NCBI GenBank assembly: GCA_036504895.1
Contig: DASXUJ010000088.1
Span: forward strand, 85,296-149,295
Direction of reading: 5' to 3'
Length of the DNA: 64,000 nt
From: Syntrophorhabdaceae bacterium
Lineage (GTDB): Bacteria; Desulfobacterota; Syntrophorhabdia; Syntrophorhabdales; Syntrophorhabdaceae
Shown here: piece after piece, positions 28,306 to 36,946 of the stretch
Numbering within the stretch: position 1 is the stretch's first letter
Layout of the letters: each line of letters opens with the position of its first letter
Notes under the pieces: model-generated
What the model was told of the DNA's origin: nothing
Database searches by the model: none
The model's input: only the letters and a program-made list of their open reading frames with translations
Position numbers and translations under genes: made by a program

Positions 28306-30024
28306 CTACTTCAGATAGAGCGGAATCAATGTAAAACTGCCGGTCAGCCTGTCGGGCACATCGCGCAGCTTCTGCCAGCTCCATAGTGACCGGCTCCAGA
28401 TAAAGGGCCTGCCTTTCACGAAGGGGGTGCCGTAGAGCATCCAGAAGCCGTGGGCGCCGGCGTGAATGTTGAGGGTGCCGGACAACTTCATGAAAGAGCG
28501 GACCATGCTCGTGGAGGCTGCCTTGGCGTCAACGGCCCCGTCCGGTATTTGCTTCGGATCGTCGGTCTCTCCGTAACCCGGGTCCCAGCGCCCGAATATG
28601 GAGAGGGGGTTTTTCGGGTCCCTATAGGTGATGGCGCGCCTGGCGCCCGCCAGATCGGTTACCCTGGGCAGGAGCCTTTTAAACTGTTCCCGCCTTGCCG
28701 GACGGTTATCGGTGGAGAGAAGGTCGCTTCTGATCTGGAGCGAGGCGGGATAGTTGATTCCCATCAGGTAGTCGGGGGTGACCATTTCCCCGTCGTACTC
28801 GGTCGAGCAGGGGTTGCCGTCGAGCGACCTGCTGGTCACCGTGTAAGGGCCGCCCGTTGAGCGGTAATAGACGAAGCACCGGTAGGACATCTCCACCAGG
28901 GCCGTTTCGTTGGTCTTGGCGTCGACGAGCATGTAGCCGTTCAGGTAGGTGCCGGTATTGTCGAGGGATAGGGCGTCAAAGAATTCGCTGATGGAGCCGG
29001 CAAACTGTTCTGCCATGGCTGCCAACCAGAAGGTCCAGAGGCCCAGGGGCTTGACCTGGCTCGTGGCCGCCCTGAGGGTCGTCTCGGTGAAGAGGATCCC
29101 CTTGTTGTTATAGCCGAAATCGGTATAGGAGCCGATAAGGCCGGGGGTCGCGCCATTGAAGGTGACCAGGTCGCCGTTTATCGAGAGCGTCTGGGCCATG
29201 GTCTGGGAAAGATACCCCATCCAGGTATTGTGAGCGAGAATGACCTCCCTGCGAAGACGCTTCAGGAAGGCGGAGCACCTGTCCGGATAATTGCCGGGCC
29301 TCATCCCTCCGGGGGGCACCCCGCGATAGGAGATGACATCCATGAGGTCGCAGTAGGCATTCAGGAAATAGACATCCATAAAGGTGAGACCCCCGGTCTC
29401 GTACCCCAGGGCAAGCTCCGACGCCTGAAAATAACCGTCGCCGGGCAGCCAGTTGCCGGAAAAATCAAGCTCGGCCGGCTGATCGAGGGCAACGCCATGA
29501 TAAATGCCGAGCATCCGGAAGAGGAGCCTTTTCAGCCGGTGCGCCGTGACAGGGTCGGTAGCCGGGGCGGTAAGATACTGCAGGAAAGAGACATAGTTGG
29601 CATTCAGGTAGCCGGCCGCCTCATTAAGCTCAGCCCCGGTGGGTCCGGGCTGGGCGGGAAAGGTGTGGGAAGGGTCGATCAAATAGGAGTTATCCCACGA
29701 ATTGTCCCTGGCCGCGTGAATAGTCCTATCCTGCAGCCTGCCCTGGACGAATCCGGCCCGATACTCGGCCCTGAGATCGTTGGCGTCCCTGGACACCACG
29801 GTCATGGTAGCGATATTGTTGATCGTCCTGATTATGCCGGATGCGTTGGCGTCAAGGGCATAGGTGAAGGGCCTTCCGGTTATTGCCATCGATTGGCCGG
29901 GTGCGGGTTCGGACTGTACCTCGGGATCGGATAGGGCGGCGCTTTCGGCCGTCGCAGACTTGGCCGCGCCCAGGAGGCTCAGACTGAAAAACAGAATAAG
30001 GGAGGCCGACAAAATCTCTTTCAT
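28306..30024 (-). CDS. Secreted phospholipase B-like / Ntn-hydrolase-like protein
   Basis: Signal peptide. Blocks ..NTGTYLNGYMLVDAKTNE.. and ..RPARREQFKRLLPRVTDLAGARRAITYRD.. resemble the Phospholipase_B (laminin A) family. The start is uncertain (30024 or 30042). Confidence 0.5.
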   Translation of the reverse strand: MKEILSASLILFFSLSLLGAAKSATAESAALSDPEVQSEPAPGQSMAITGRPFTYALDANASGIIRTINNIATMTVVSRDANDLRAEYRAGFVQGRLQDRTIHAARDNSWDNSYLIDPSHTFPAQPGPTGAELNEAAGYLNANYVSFLQYLTAPATDPVTAHRLKRLLFRMLGIYHGVALDQPAELDFSGNWLPGDGYFQASELALGYETGGLTFMDVYFLNAYCDLMDVISYRGVPPGGMRPGNYPDRCSAFLKRLRREVILAHNTWMGYLSQTMAQTLSINGDLVTFNGATPGLIGSYTDFGYNNKGILFTETTLRAATSQVKPLGLWTFWLAAMAEQFAGSISEFFDALSLDNTGTYLNGYMLVDAKTNETALVEMSYRCFVYYRSTGGPYTVTSRSLDGNPCSTEYDGEMVTPDYLMGINYPASLQIRSDLLSTDNRPARREQFKRLLPRVTDLAGARRAITYRDPKNPLSIFGRWDPGYGETDDPKQIPDGAVDAKAASTSMVRSFMKLSGTLNIHAGAHGFWMLYGTPFVKGRPFIWSRSLWSWQKLRDVPDRLTGSFTLIPLYLK

Positions 30025-30213
30025 TATTTTATCCAATAACACCGGTCAATATTCGAAGACAAGGACGCCTAGGTCTATTCTGTTCCAGCGCACATAAAAT
30101 ATCAAGCAAAATTCGGTGATGACTCGGTGTGGCTTCAAGAAAGGAACAGGGTGGGGATATTCTATTTCGGCGAAATTACGGCAAAACGGATACTCGCAGA
30201 CTCTTAACTCAAG

Positions 30214-30287
30214 TGCGCCCAGCAGGAATCGAACCTGCAACCTTTGGATTCGAAGTCCAACACTCTATCCAATTGAGCTATGGGCGC
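30214..30287 (-). tRNA. tRNA-Arg (anticodon TCG), CCA not encoded
   Basis: The minus-strand sequence GCGCCCATAGCTCAATTGGATAGAGTGTTGGACTTCGAATCCAAAGGTTGCAGGTTCGATTCCTGCTGGGCGCA folds as a cloverleaf. It has a 7-bp acceptor stem, a TTCGATT T-loop and an anticodon loop CTTCGAA. Confidence 0.93.
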
Positions 30288-30389
30288 GTGCGGTTTCAGG
30301 AAAGCATACCACAGGAAAGGGGCAAAACTGTAGTAAATCATCGCCCGGGCGCGGTCCTCTCTGTTTCCTGCCCTTCTTCCCGTCGGGGC

Positions 30390-33300
30390 TTACACCTTTA
30401 CGAGCCTCACCTTCGTGTCGTAAAAAGAAACGCTTCCTCCCACGGGGTCGAGCATGCAGGTGTTCTTGAGGTACGGGTCGACCCACATGGCCGCATTCGC
30501 ATGGACCCCTTTGGCCCTTCGGGGATCGCCCTTGACCACCGCGCCGTCGATGGTCACGTCCGCGGCGCCCGTGGCCCAGTGGCCGTGGCCCAGGGTGAAG
30601 GTGATGACGCCGGGCATGATGGTCTGGGTTACCATTACCTTTCCGATCATGGGCTTCTTCGTCCCGTTCTTCAAGTCCCAGACGCCTTCCTGGTTCGTTG
30701 CGGAGACCACCCTTACCACGTCTCCGTCCTTCAGGTTCAGTTTCCTCGCGTCTTCACCATTTATAATGATGCCGTTTTCCGGCATGAGCGCCTGGAGCCA
30801 GTAATTCGAGATCGTTCTCGACTTGGTCATGAGGATATCCTTCTGGGTGATGAGGCTCAAGGGGTATCCCTCCACCAATCCCGCCTCCTCGGGGGTTTTG
30901 CCGAGGCTTGTGGAAACGGGGAGGTACGTGGCATACCCGGGATTGGGCGTTCCCGTGAAGGCATTTTTCGTGCCTGCCGTCTTCTCCTGGTAGATATTGA
31001 TGGCCCTTCCATATTTGTTCGCCACCTGGCTGCCCTTGTAGATATCCCTGTAATCCTGGAACCTTCCCCCGCGGTTAAGGACGTAGACGACCTTTCGCCA
31101 GGCAGGACCGGCTATTTTCTCCCACCGTGCGGGATCGAATACGGTCTTCGGCAGATGGCTCCTCGATTCGAGAAAGAGTTTTAGCTCCCCGTTGTCGGCG
31201 TCCGGTACGGGCGCGCCGTCGGTTGCCAGGTTTGCCACCATCCTGATGTAGAGGTCATCGGGCCTGATAAAATCCTTGCCCGGTCCGAAGCCGTCCTTGC
31301 CGAATCCGGGTAGGTTGAGCTTTTCCGCCAGGGCCATGATCACCGCCTCGAAAGAGCAGGCCATCTCCTCCCCGAATACCTTCACCGTCTCCGTAAGGGG
31401 GGGCGATGACGGGCTGCCTCACGGGCTGGACCTTTACCGGCATGTTCGGGTGGGATCCCTGAAATTCCCAGCGCTCCAGATAGCTGAGGTCGGGAAAGAT
31501 ATAATCGGCGTACATGGTGGTCGTCCCCACGATGATGTCCGTGGTGAAGTAGAGGGGGACCTTCGCCGTGTCGGCGAGGACCTCGATATTGGTGTGGCCT
31601 GCGGGCAGGGAATAGGCAGGGGTGCCCATGTAGCTGAATACCGCCTTTGCGGGATAAGGATAGGCGTCTCCCATGGAGGGCACGATCTCTTCATAGACGT
31701 CGCTGGCAAGGGGATACCAGTTGCGTTTTGCGGGATACCCCTCAAACAGGGTGGAGTCCTCATACTTGATGTCGTGACGTATGATGCTGATCCCCGATTT
31801 CGGAAGCTTGCCGGGCGCCATCTTTGCAAAGTCGAAGGGCTGCCCTTCCTTGCCGCCTGTGGTATTGTAGGCTGACAGGGCGGTCATCCCGCCTTTCCAG
31901 TCATAATTGCCTAAAAGGAGGTTTACGGTCATGGCGGCAGTGACATTGTAGAAGCCGTTCGTGTGCTGGGCGATGCCCCGGTGCACGTCCACGGCGGCCT
32001 CCTTGCCATAGCTCGTCAGCTCTTTTGCGGTGAGCTCTATGTTCTCCGCGGGAATGCCGCAAATGGCCGACCACTCCGCCATGGTCCTCGTATTTGCGGA
32101 ATCGGCGAGCACCTTGAGGCCGCTCTTTACCCTGATCCCTTTAATCTCCATATCGACCATCAGGTCTCCCGTAACAGGGCTCTTTTCATCGTTCGGGTCC
32201 ACCGCCACGGGCGCGCCCCCTTTCATGGCCACCAGGTACTCGAAGGCGTGCTCCTTTCCTGCCTTGTCTTTACGCTCCTCCGGCCCCGCAAGGCCTATTT
32301 CGTGGGCCCTCAGGAACCTTCCCGGTCTTCCTTCCTTGTCGATCTTTACCAGGAGGACCGCGTTCGTCCAGGTGGGCTCTCCCGCTGCCTTTGCCGCGGC
32401 CTTATTCGCATTGGACAGATATTTCGCGTCATACCTGCCGTTTTTGATGATCCATTGAATGAGGCCCATGAAGAAGGCGCCGTCGGTGCCGGGCTTTATC
32501 GCCATGTACCGGTATGCCTTGGCTGCCGCCTTGTTGAACCTCGGGTCTACCACCACGAGCTTCGTCTTCCCTTCCGCCAGGTTGGGAGAGATCCGTGCAT
32601 TGAGGTTGGGAGGGCCGTAATTCGCGTCGAAGAGGTTGGAGCCCACGGAGAGCATATATTTTGCATTCTCTCCGTTTGCCTGCCAGTAGAACTTCGGGCC
32701 TCCCGTGAATTTATTGTACTCGTACTGCTCGCTCAGTGCCTTGCACGTGAAATAGAGGGAGCCCTGGCAGACGGTCGTATGCCCGTGTGTATTGACGCTT
32801 CCGAAATAGTCGCCGAAGAAGCGGGCGCCGAAATCGCTCCGCCCCCCTTTCAGCCTGCCCCACCAGTACACGAGCTGGTTGTTCTTGAGCCCCAGATCAG
32901 GATGGTCCGGGTCGATGAGGTATTTCAGGTTGGCCCCATGTTTTGCCTTGAATTCCCCCACCGCCTGCTTCTTGTCCTTGGCGGAAATAACTCCGGCCAC
33001 ATCGGCGGCGATCTCCTTCGCGATTTTCGGGTCCCTCAGCGCATAGATGTCTTTGAGCCCTTCCACGACGCGGTTTTCCTCGCCGGGAACGTGGCTGAAG
33101 AGTCTGCCCCCGTTCACGATCTCATTGATTGCCTGGTCAAAGGGTATCGTCGCCCACTTGTTCTCGCCCCGCCTGCCTGCCCTCTTCAGCACTTTCGTGA
33201 TCCTGTGCGGGTCGTAGGCGGTCTGGATCCCTGCCTGACCTTTCGGGCAGATGGCCGCATCGATGGCGTTGACCTTCTCCGGGGGAGTGGCATAGGGAAG

Positions 33301-33603
33301 GTGAGGCACGGCCACGAAGGGATTATAAGGGTTGCCGTCGATCTTTAAGGCAATGGCCGCGCCCTTATTCCTCATCAATTTTACCTTTATCCCACAGCCC
33401 GTGTTGCACTGGAGGCAGGTCGTATAGAGGATGTTCCCGGCCTTCGTCAGCTCGTATTCCTCCTCGCCGGTGAGGGTCCCTGCTTCCGCCCTCCGGAGAA
33501 GGCCCTGGGCCCAGTCCGCCTGGGACGCGAGGAGCGACCCTCCCAGAACCGCCGAACATTTTATGAAATCCCGCCTTGTCAGCTTTTTATCTTTCTCGTT
33601 CAT
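30390..33603 (-). pseudogene. Tat-exported bis-MGD molybdopterin oxidoreductase catalytic subunit (TtrA/PsrA-like, about 1070 aa), frameshifted as assembled
   Basis: Tat signal KLTRRDFIKCSAVLGG, a 4Fe-4S motif CLQCNTGC...C, and a molybdopterin and dinucleotide-binding C-terminus carried in a second ORF (30390..31385). The span is 3214 nt (3n+1). The frames switch at a G7/C7 run at 31397-31403. Confidence 0.8.
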
Positions 33604-33613
33604 CTCCGTCCCC

Positions 33614-34455
33614 CTATGGCAGTATGTAGAATACCCGCGGTTTCGCGCCTGCCCTTTCGGCAAAGACCGGTATTTTTCCGGGATACCCTATAGTCTGCCC
33701 TATCTGCGCTGCCGTCTTGCCCCTGAGGTCCCGGGACATAGGCCCGTCTGCCTTGTCGGCCCTGACCGACTTGAGCACCTGTGTCGGATTGCTCTTCATC
33801 ATCTTATAGAGAAGGCTCTCCTTGTCATCGAGGTTGCCGAAGAAATTCGCACGGCACGGACAGGTGCTGACACACATGGGGAGCATGCCGAGGCCTATCC
33901 TGTGAAGGCAGAAATGGCACTTCTTGCCACCCCGACAGGGATTTCGTTCTTCTCCCGCAGCCATTTGCGACCGTATTCCCAGGTCGGTCCCTTTTCATAT
34001 TCCTCGAGAAGGGGCGTGCCTTCCGTGTAGAACGCTCCCCCATCGAGATTTCTCGCCTTATAGGGGCAGGCAATCACACACCTGCCGCAGCCTATGCATT
34101 GCTCGTAATTGATCATCACAATGCCGGCGCTCACGCCTTTCGTGCTTTTCCACGTGGCTTTCCCTTCCCCCTTGTGGGGGCAGGCTGCCACGCACGGCGG
34201 GTTGTCGCACTGGTTACACAACCTCGGCGTGAAACGCCTCTTTACGTGGGGGAAGGTGCCGAATTCCTCTTCATAGACGGGCCGGTAGATAATGCCGGGC
34301 GGGCTCTTCTGTTCTGCCATGCACCCCACGGTGCACGCCTTGCACGCGGTACACCTTCTTAAGTCTATGAGCATCGCCCACTGGGGATTCCGCTGCTTCA
34401 ACGCGCGTTTGATATCATCCTGAATCACAAAAAGCTCATCCCTGCCGAGATACAT
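33614..34455 (-). pseudogene. 4x[4Fe-4S] ferredoxin-type electron-transfer subunit (TtrB/PsrB/DmsB-like), frameshifted as assembled
   Basis: Cluster motifs CTACKACTVGC, CNQCDNPPCVAAC and CIGCGRCVIAC lie in one frame. The fourth motif, CHFCLHRIGLGMLPMCVSTC, lies in another. The span is 842 nt (3n+2). The switch is near the C4/G4 run at 33930-33933. Confidence 0.8.
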
Positions 34456-34470
34456 GGATCACCTTCCTTT

Positions 34471-34782
34471 TTATTTTACGTGACATCGGACGCAGTTCGT
34501 CTTCACGGAAAAGGCCCCGGTCCCGTTGTGACACGACCCGCAGGACTTCCCCTGTTGCATCCCGGCCATGGTGACCGGCTCGTCCTGTGCCCTCGTGACG
34601 TAGGGAGACGGGTGGCACTGGGTGCACCCGAGGGAGGCGCTCTTCACATGGAAATCGTGGCTGAAGACGACCTTGCCGGCCTTCTTCACCTCATAGGTGA
34701 TGTCGCCCCCGCCGATCCTGCTCGCGCCGATCGAGGCGAAGGCCAGCAGCAGAAACATTGCCATGCCTGCTCTTTTCATCAT
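34471..34782 (-). CDS. Periplasmic trihaem cytochrome c (c3/c7 class)
   Basis: Signal peptide plus three CxxCH motifs (CTQCH, CGSCH, CVRCH) in about 80 mature residues. GAAGGGGG RBS before ATGATG. Confidence 0.8.
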   Translation of the reverse strand: MMKRAGMAMFLLLAFASIGASRIGGGDITYEVKKAGKVVFSHDFHVKSASLGCTQCHPSPYVTRAQDEPVTMAGMQQGKSCGSCHNGTGAFSVKTNCVRCHVK

Positions 34783-35055
34783 TACCCCCTTCATGCCCGT
34801 GAGAACCCTGTGGGGAAGACCTGTTTCCCCAGGGTAACGGGTACATATGAGAAAATATAGCTTACATGGGGGCAATAGCAATACAAAAATGAGGGCGTGA
34901 AAAATCACACAAACTTCAAGATTTCAAAGGAATCGTGCGCGGGCGTCGCAGATTGTGACGGGGCGTGAGGTCATGTAAATCGCAAGTGGGCTGTATACGG
35001 TAAAGCCATTTGTCGAAACTCTGCAAAGGAGGATGGAGCCTCCGCCCCGGGCGCT

Positions 35056-35670
35056 CTATGAACCGGGGGAACCAACGGATAAGGATTTGAGATCGCAGGC
35101 CAGCTCATTCTCCTCGTCCCTATAGAAGACGCACGTGGAGGAAAGCTCTTTCCTGAGCTGTTCCCGGGCCCGGTGGAGGCGTATTTTTATTGCACCCGTC
35201 CGCTCGCCCAGTACGTCCGCGATCTCTCGGTCCTTTAATCCTTCGAGGTTGCTCAATACGATGATGGTCCGGTAATTTTCGGGAAGGCGGTCGATCACCC
35301 GGCGGATGCAGGCGCTCATCTCTTCCCTGATGAGCTGCCGCTCCACGTTCGGTGAGGGGGAGGCATCGACGGGAAGAGGAGCACAAACAGAGGCATTTTC
35401 GGCAGGACCCGGCGCAGGCTCGATCTGCACCAACTGCCGGAACGAGGGGCTCTTCAACCTGTCGAGGGCCGTATTTGTAGCGATCTTGTAGAGCCAGGTG
35501 AGGGGCTGGGCCTCTCCCCTGAACCCTTCAAGTTTCTTGCCTGCCTTGAGAAATGTCTCCTGGGTGAGGTCTTCCGCTTCGGTCTCACCCACGAGTCGCG
35601 AGAGGTATCTCTCTATCCTTTTGCGATACATTTCATACATCTGTCCGAAATCGAGCGCGTCCTCTGCCAT
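35056..35670 (-). CDS. ECF-type RNA polymerase sigma-70 factor
   Basis: Region 2 (..AEDLTQETFLKA..) and region 4 (..REIADVLGERTGAIKIRLHRAREQL..), followed by a roughly 25-aa C-terminal tail containing two Cys. Confidence 0.85.
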   Translation of the reverse strand: MAEDALDFGQMYEMYRKRIERYLSRLVGETEAEDLTQETFLKAGKKLEGFRGEAQPLTWLYKIATNTALDRLKSPSFRQLVQIEPAPGPAENASVCAPLPVDASPSPNVERQLIREEMSACIRRVIDRLPENYRTIIVLSNLEGLKDREIADVLGERTGAIKIRLHRAREQLRKELSSTCVFYRDEENELACDLKSLSVGSPGS

Positions 35671-35699
35671 CGTCCTACCTTCTAAAGGATTATTCTTAA

Positions 35700-36206
35700 T
35701 TATAACCCCTCACGGACCTTCATTGCCACTGTGAGCGCATGGGCCTTAATCTCTTCCTCCGCCATATCATTGATCCCGAAGAGGCTCCGGTCGAAATCGT
35801 AGAGCCGGTCCGCGATTATCACCTCAGGCGCGAGTTCGGGAATCACCCCTTTCATCATCCTGCTCGCGCACTCGATGAAACAGCCTTCCAGGGCGACGAC
35901 TTTTGCGCCGTTTCGTGCGAGCCCCCTCTGCCCGGTGTCCTTGGTAAAGGCGCCCCCGAGGCAGAGGCGTGCCGTCTTTTCAGGAATAAGCTCGTGACAG
36001 AGGAGGTTCGCCGCCCGCCTCGCCACCTCGCCCCTGAGGCACGCGCCCTCACAGCTCATGACCACGATCGGTTTCGTTCCATTGGCCCGGCTATAGTCTT
36101 CGCACATGGGGCACACGTTCTTTGTCTTCTCTATGCGCACCGTTTCATAGGTTGTCGTACCGTCCGTTTTCCCTTCCACACCGCAAAGATTTTCACTATT
36201 CATCAT
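35700..36206 (-). CDS. DGC-domain putative zinc-binding protein
   Basis: ..IVVMSCEGACLRGEVARRAA..VVALEGCFIECASR.. follows the DGC-domain pattern. AAGGAGG RBS before ATGATG. Confidence 0.65.
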   Translation of the reverse strand: MMNSENLCGVEGKTDGTTTYETVRIEKTKNVCPMCEDYSRANGTKPIVVMSCEGACLRGEVARRAANLLCHELIPEKTARLCLGGAFTKDTGQRGLARNGAKVVALEGCFIECASRMMKGVIPELAPEVIIADRLYDFDRSLFGINDMAEEEIKAHALTVAMKVREGL

Positions 36207-36257
36207 TTCCTCCTTAGCTCTTGTTGCCGGAATTCGAGGCCCCCGCTCCACGTGTTG

Positions 36258-36452
36258 TTACGGCTTTGCCCCGATCCCGGTGATTTTAATCTTCCCTTCC
36301 TCGATCATCCTGCACATAATGGTCATCATACCCTTCTCGGAAGTCCCGAGAACTTCCGCCGCCTCTTCGGGGCTGATCGGGCCCTTTTCGCTCACCAGCC
36401 GGAGTATGGAGACCTCCATCGATTTCATCCATTCCCCGAAAAGGGGCTCCAC
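36258..36452 (-). CDS. Small winged-helix (FeoC-like) protein
   Basis: ..ILRLVSEKGPISPEEAAEVLGTSEKGMMTIMCRMIEEGKI.. The start is uncertain (GTG 36452 or a downstream ATG). Confidence 0.45.
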   Translation of the reverse strand: MEPLFGEWMKSMEVSILRLVSEKGPISPEEAAEVLGTSEKGMMTIMCRMIEEGKIKITGIGAKP

Positions 36453-36512
36453 ATCAGGACGGAGGCCCTCTTTTCTCTCTTCCCCGGCACCTGCCGTGTG
36501 CGGGGAGGGTAT

Positions 36513-36752
36513 TCAGCCTTTTGCCGCGGACCCCACATCTGCCTTTCCTTCGGCCCTTTTGGTGCCCTCGTCACCCCCCGGGCCGCCACGCTGCGTATCT
36601 GCCGTGGTGGTAAAAAACGGCATATTCCCGCAACAGGAAGGTCCCCTTGAAAAGCACCGTGTCATGAAAAACATCATGAAGAGGAAAAAGAGTATCCCCA
36701 TCGCCGGGAAGATCCACCACCAACCCGCCATAAAAGAATTGCACCAGAACAT
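36513..36752 (-). CDS. Small Cys-containing membrane protein (79 aa)
   Basis: GGGAGG RBS. MFWCNSFMAGWWWIFPAMGILFFLFMMFFMTRCFSRGPSCCG.. has one strongly hydrophobic TM segment and a charged tail. It is the first gene of the ECF sigma operon. Confidence 0.5.
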   Translation of the reverse strand: MFWCNSFMAGWWWIFPAMGILFFLFMMFFMTRCFSRGPSCCGNMPFFTTTADTQRGGPGGDEGTKRAEGKADVGSAAKG

Positions 36753-36926
36753 ATTCGCCACCTCCCTTCCGTTTCTACTTTCGGACTCTTGCAGCTTCCG
36801 GCCCGTATATCAGGTTAGACGAGGCAGCTCGCAAAAAGGATACGGGGTCTCATAAATTGGGGATAAAAATCGATTGGGCGGGTATTCCGAATGGGGAGAT
36901 AGAGGCTGAGGAGCCCTAAGGGAGGA

Positions 36927-36943
36927 GGCGCCGCAAGGGCGCC
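36927..36943 (-). terminator. GC hairpin GGCGCC-N5-GGCGCC just after the stop of the last ars-operon gene
   Basis: The stem begins 3 nt downstream of the stop at 36947-36949. There is no clear U-tract. Confidence 0.4.
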
Positions 36944-36946
36944 CCG

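Noticed and set aside
30129-31184. 351-aa plus-strand ORF spanning the tRNA-Arg locus
   Set aside because: It runs through the tRNA gene and antisense to the molybdoenzyme C-terminus, and its translation is not protein-like.
31397-31403. Programmed ribosomal frameshift or transcriptional slippage producing the full molybdoenzyme
   Set aside because: There is no slippery heptamer with a downstream stimulator, and no known precedent in this enzyme family. The companion Fe-S gene and an unrelated peptidase gene show similar single-base breaks, so an indel (artefact or mutation) is the simpler explanation.
30390-33603. Calling the molybdoenzyme a respiratory arsenate reductase (ArrA) because of the adjacent ars genes
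   Set aside because: At about 1070 aa its size fits TtrA-like enzymes rather than ArrA or ArxA, which are roughly 830-850 aa. No diagnostic motif could be verified by eye. Proximity to detoxification-type ars genes is not evidence for respiration. Function is left open.
35033-35125. Short plus-strand ORF preceded by AAGGAGG just downstream of the sigma-factor gene
   Set aside because: The Shine-Dalgarno-like sequence abuts the ATG with zero spacing. The ORF overlaps the 3' end of the ECF sigma gene antisense, and its product is a featureless peptide of about 30 aa.
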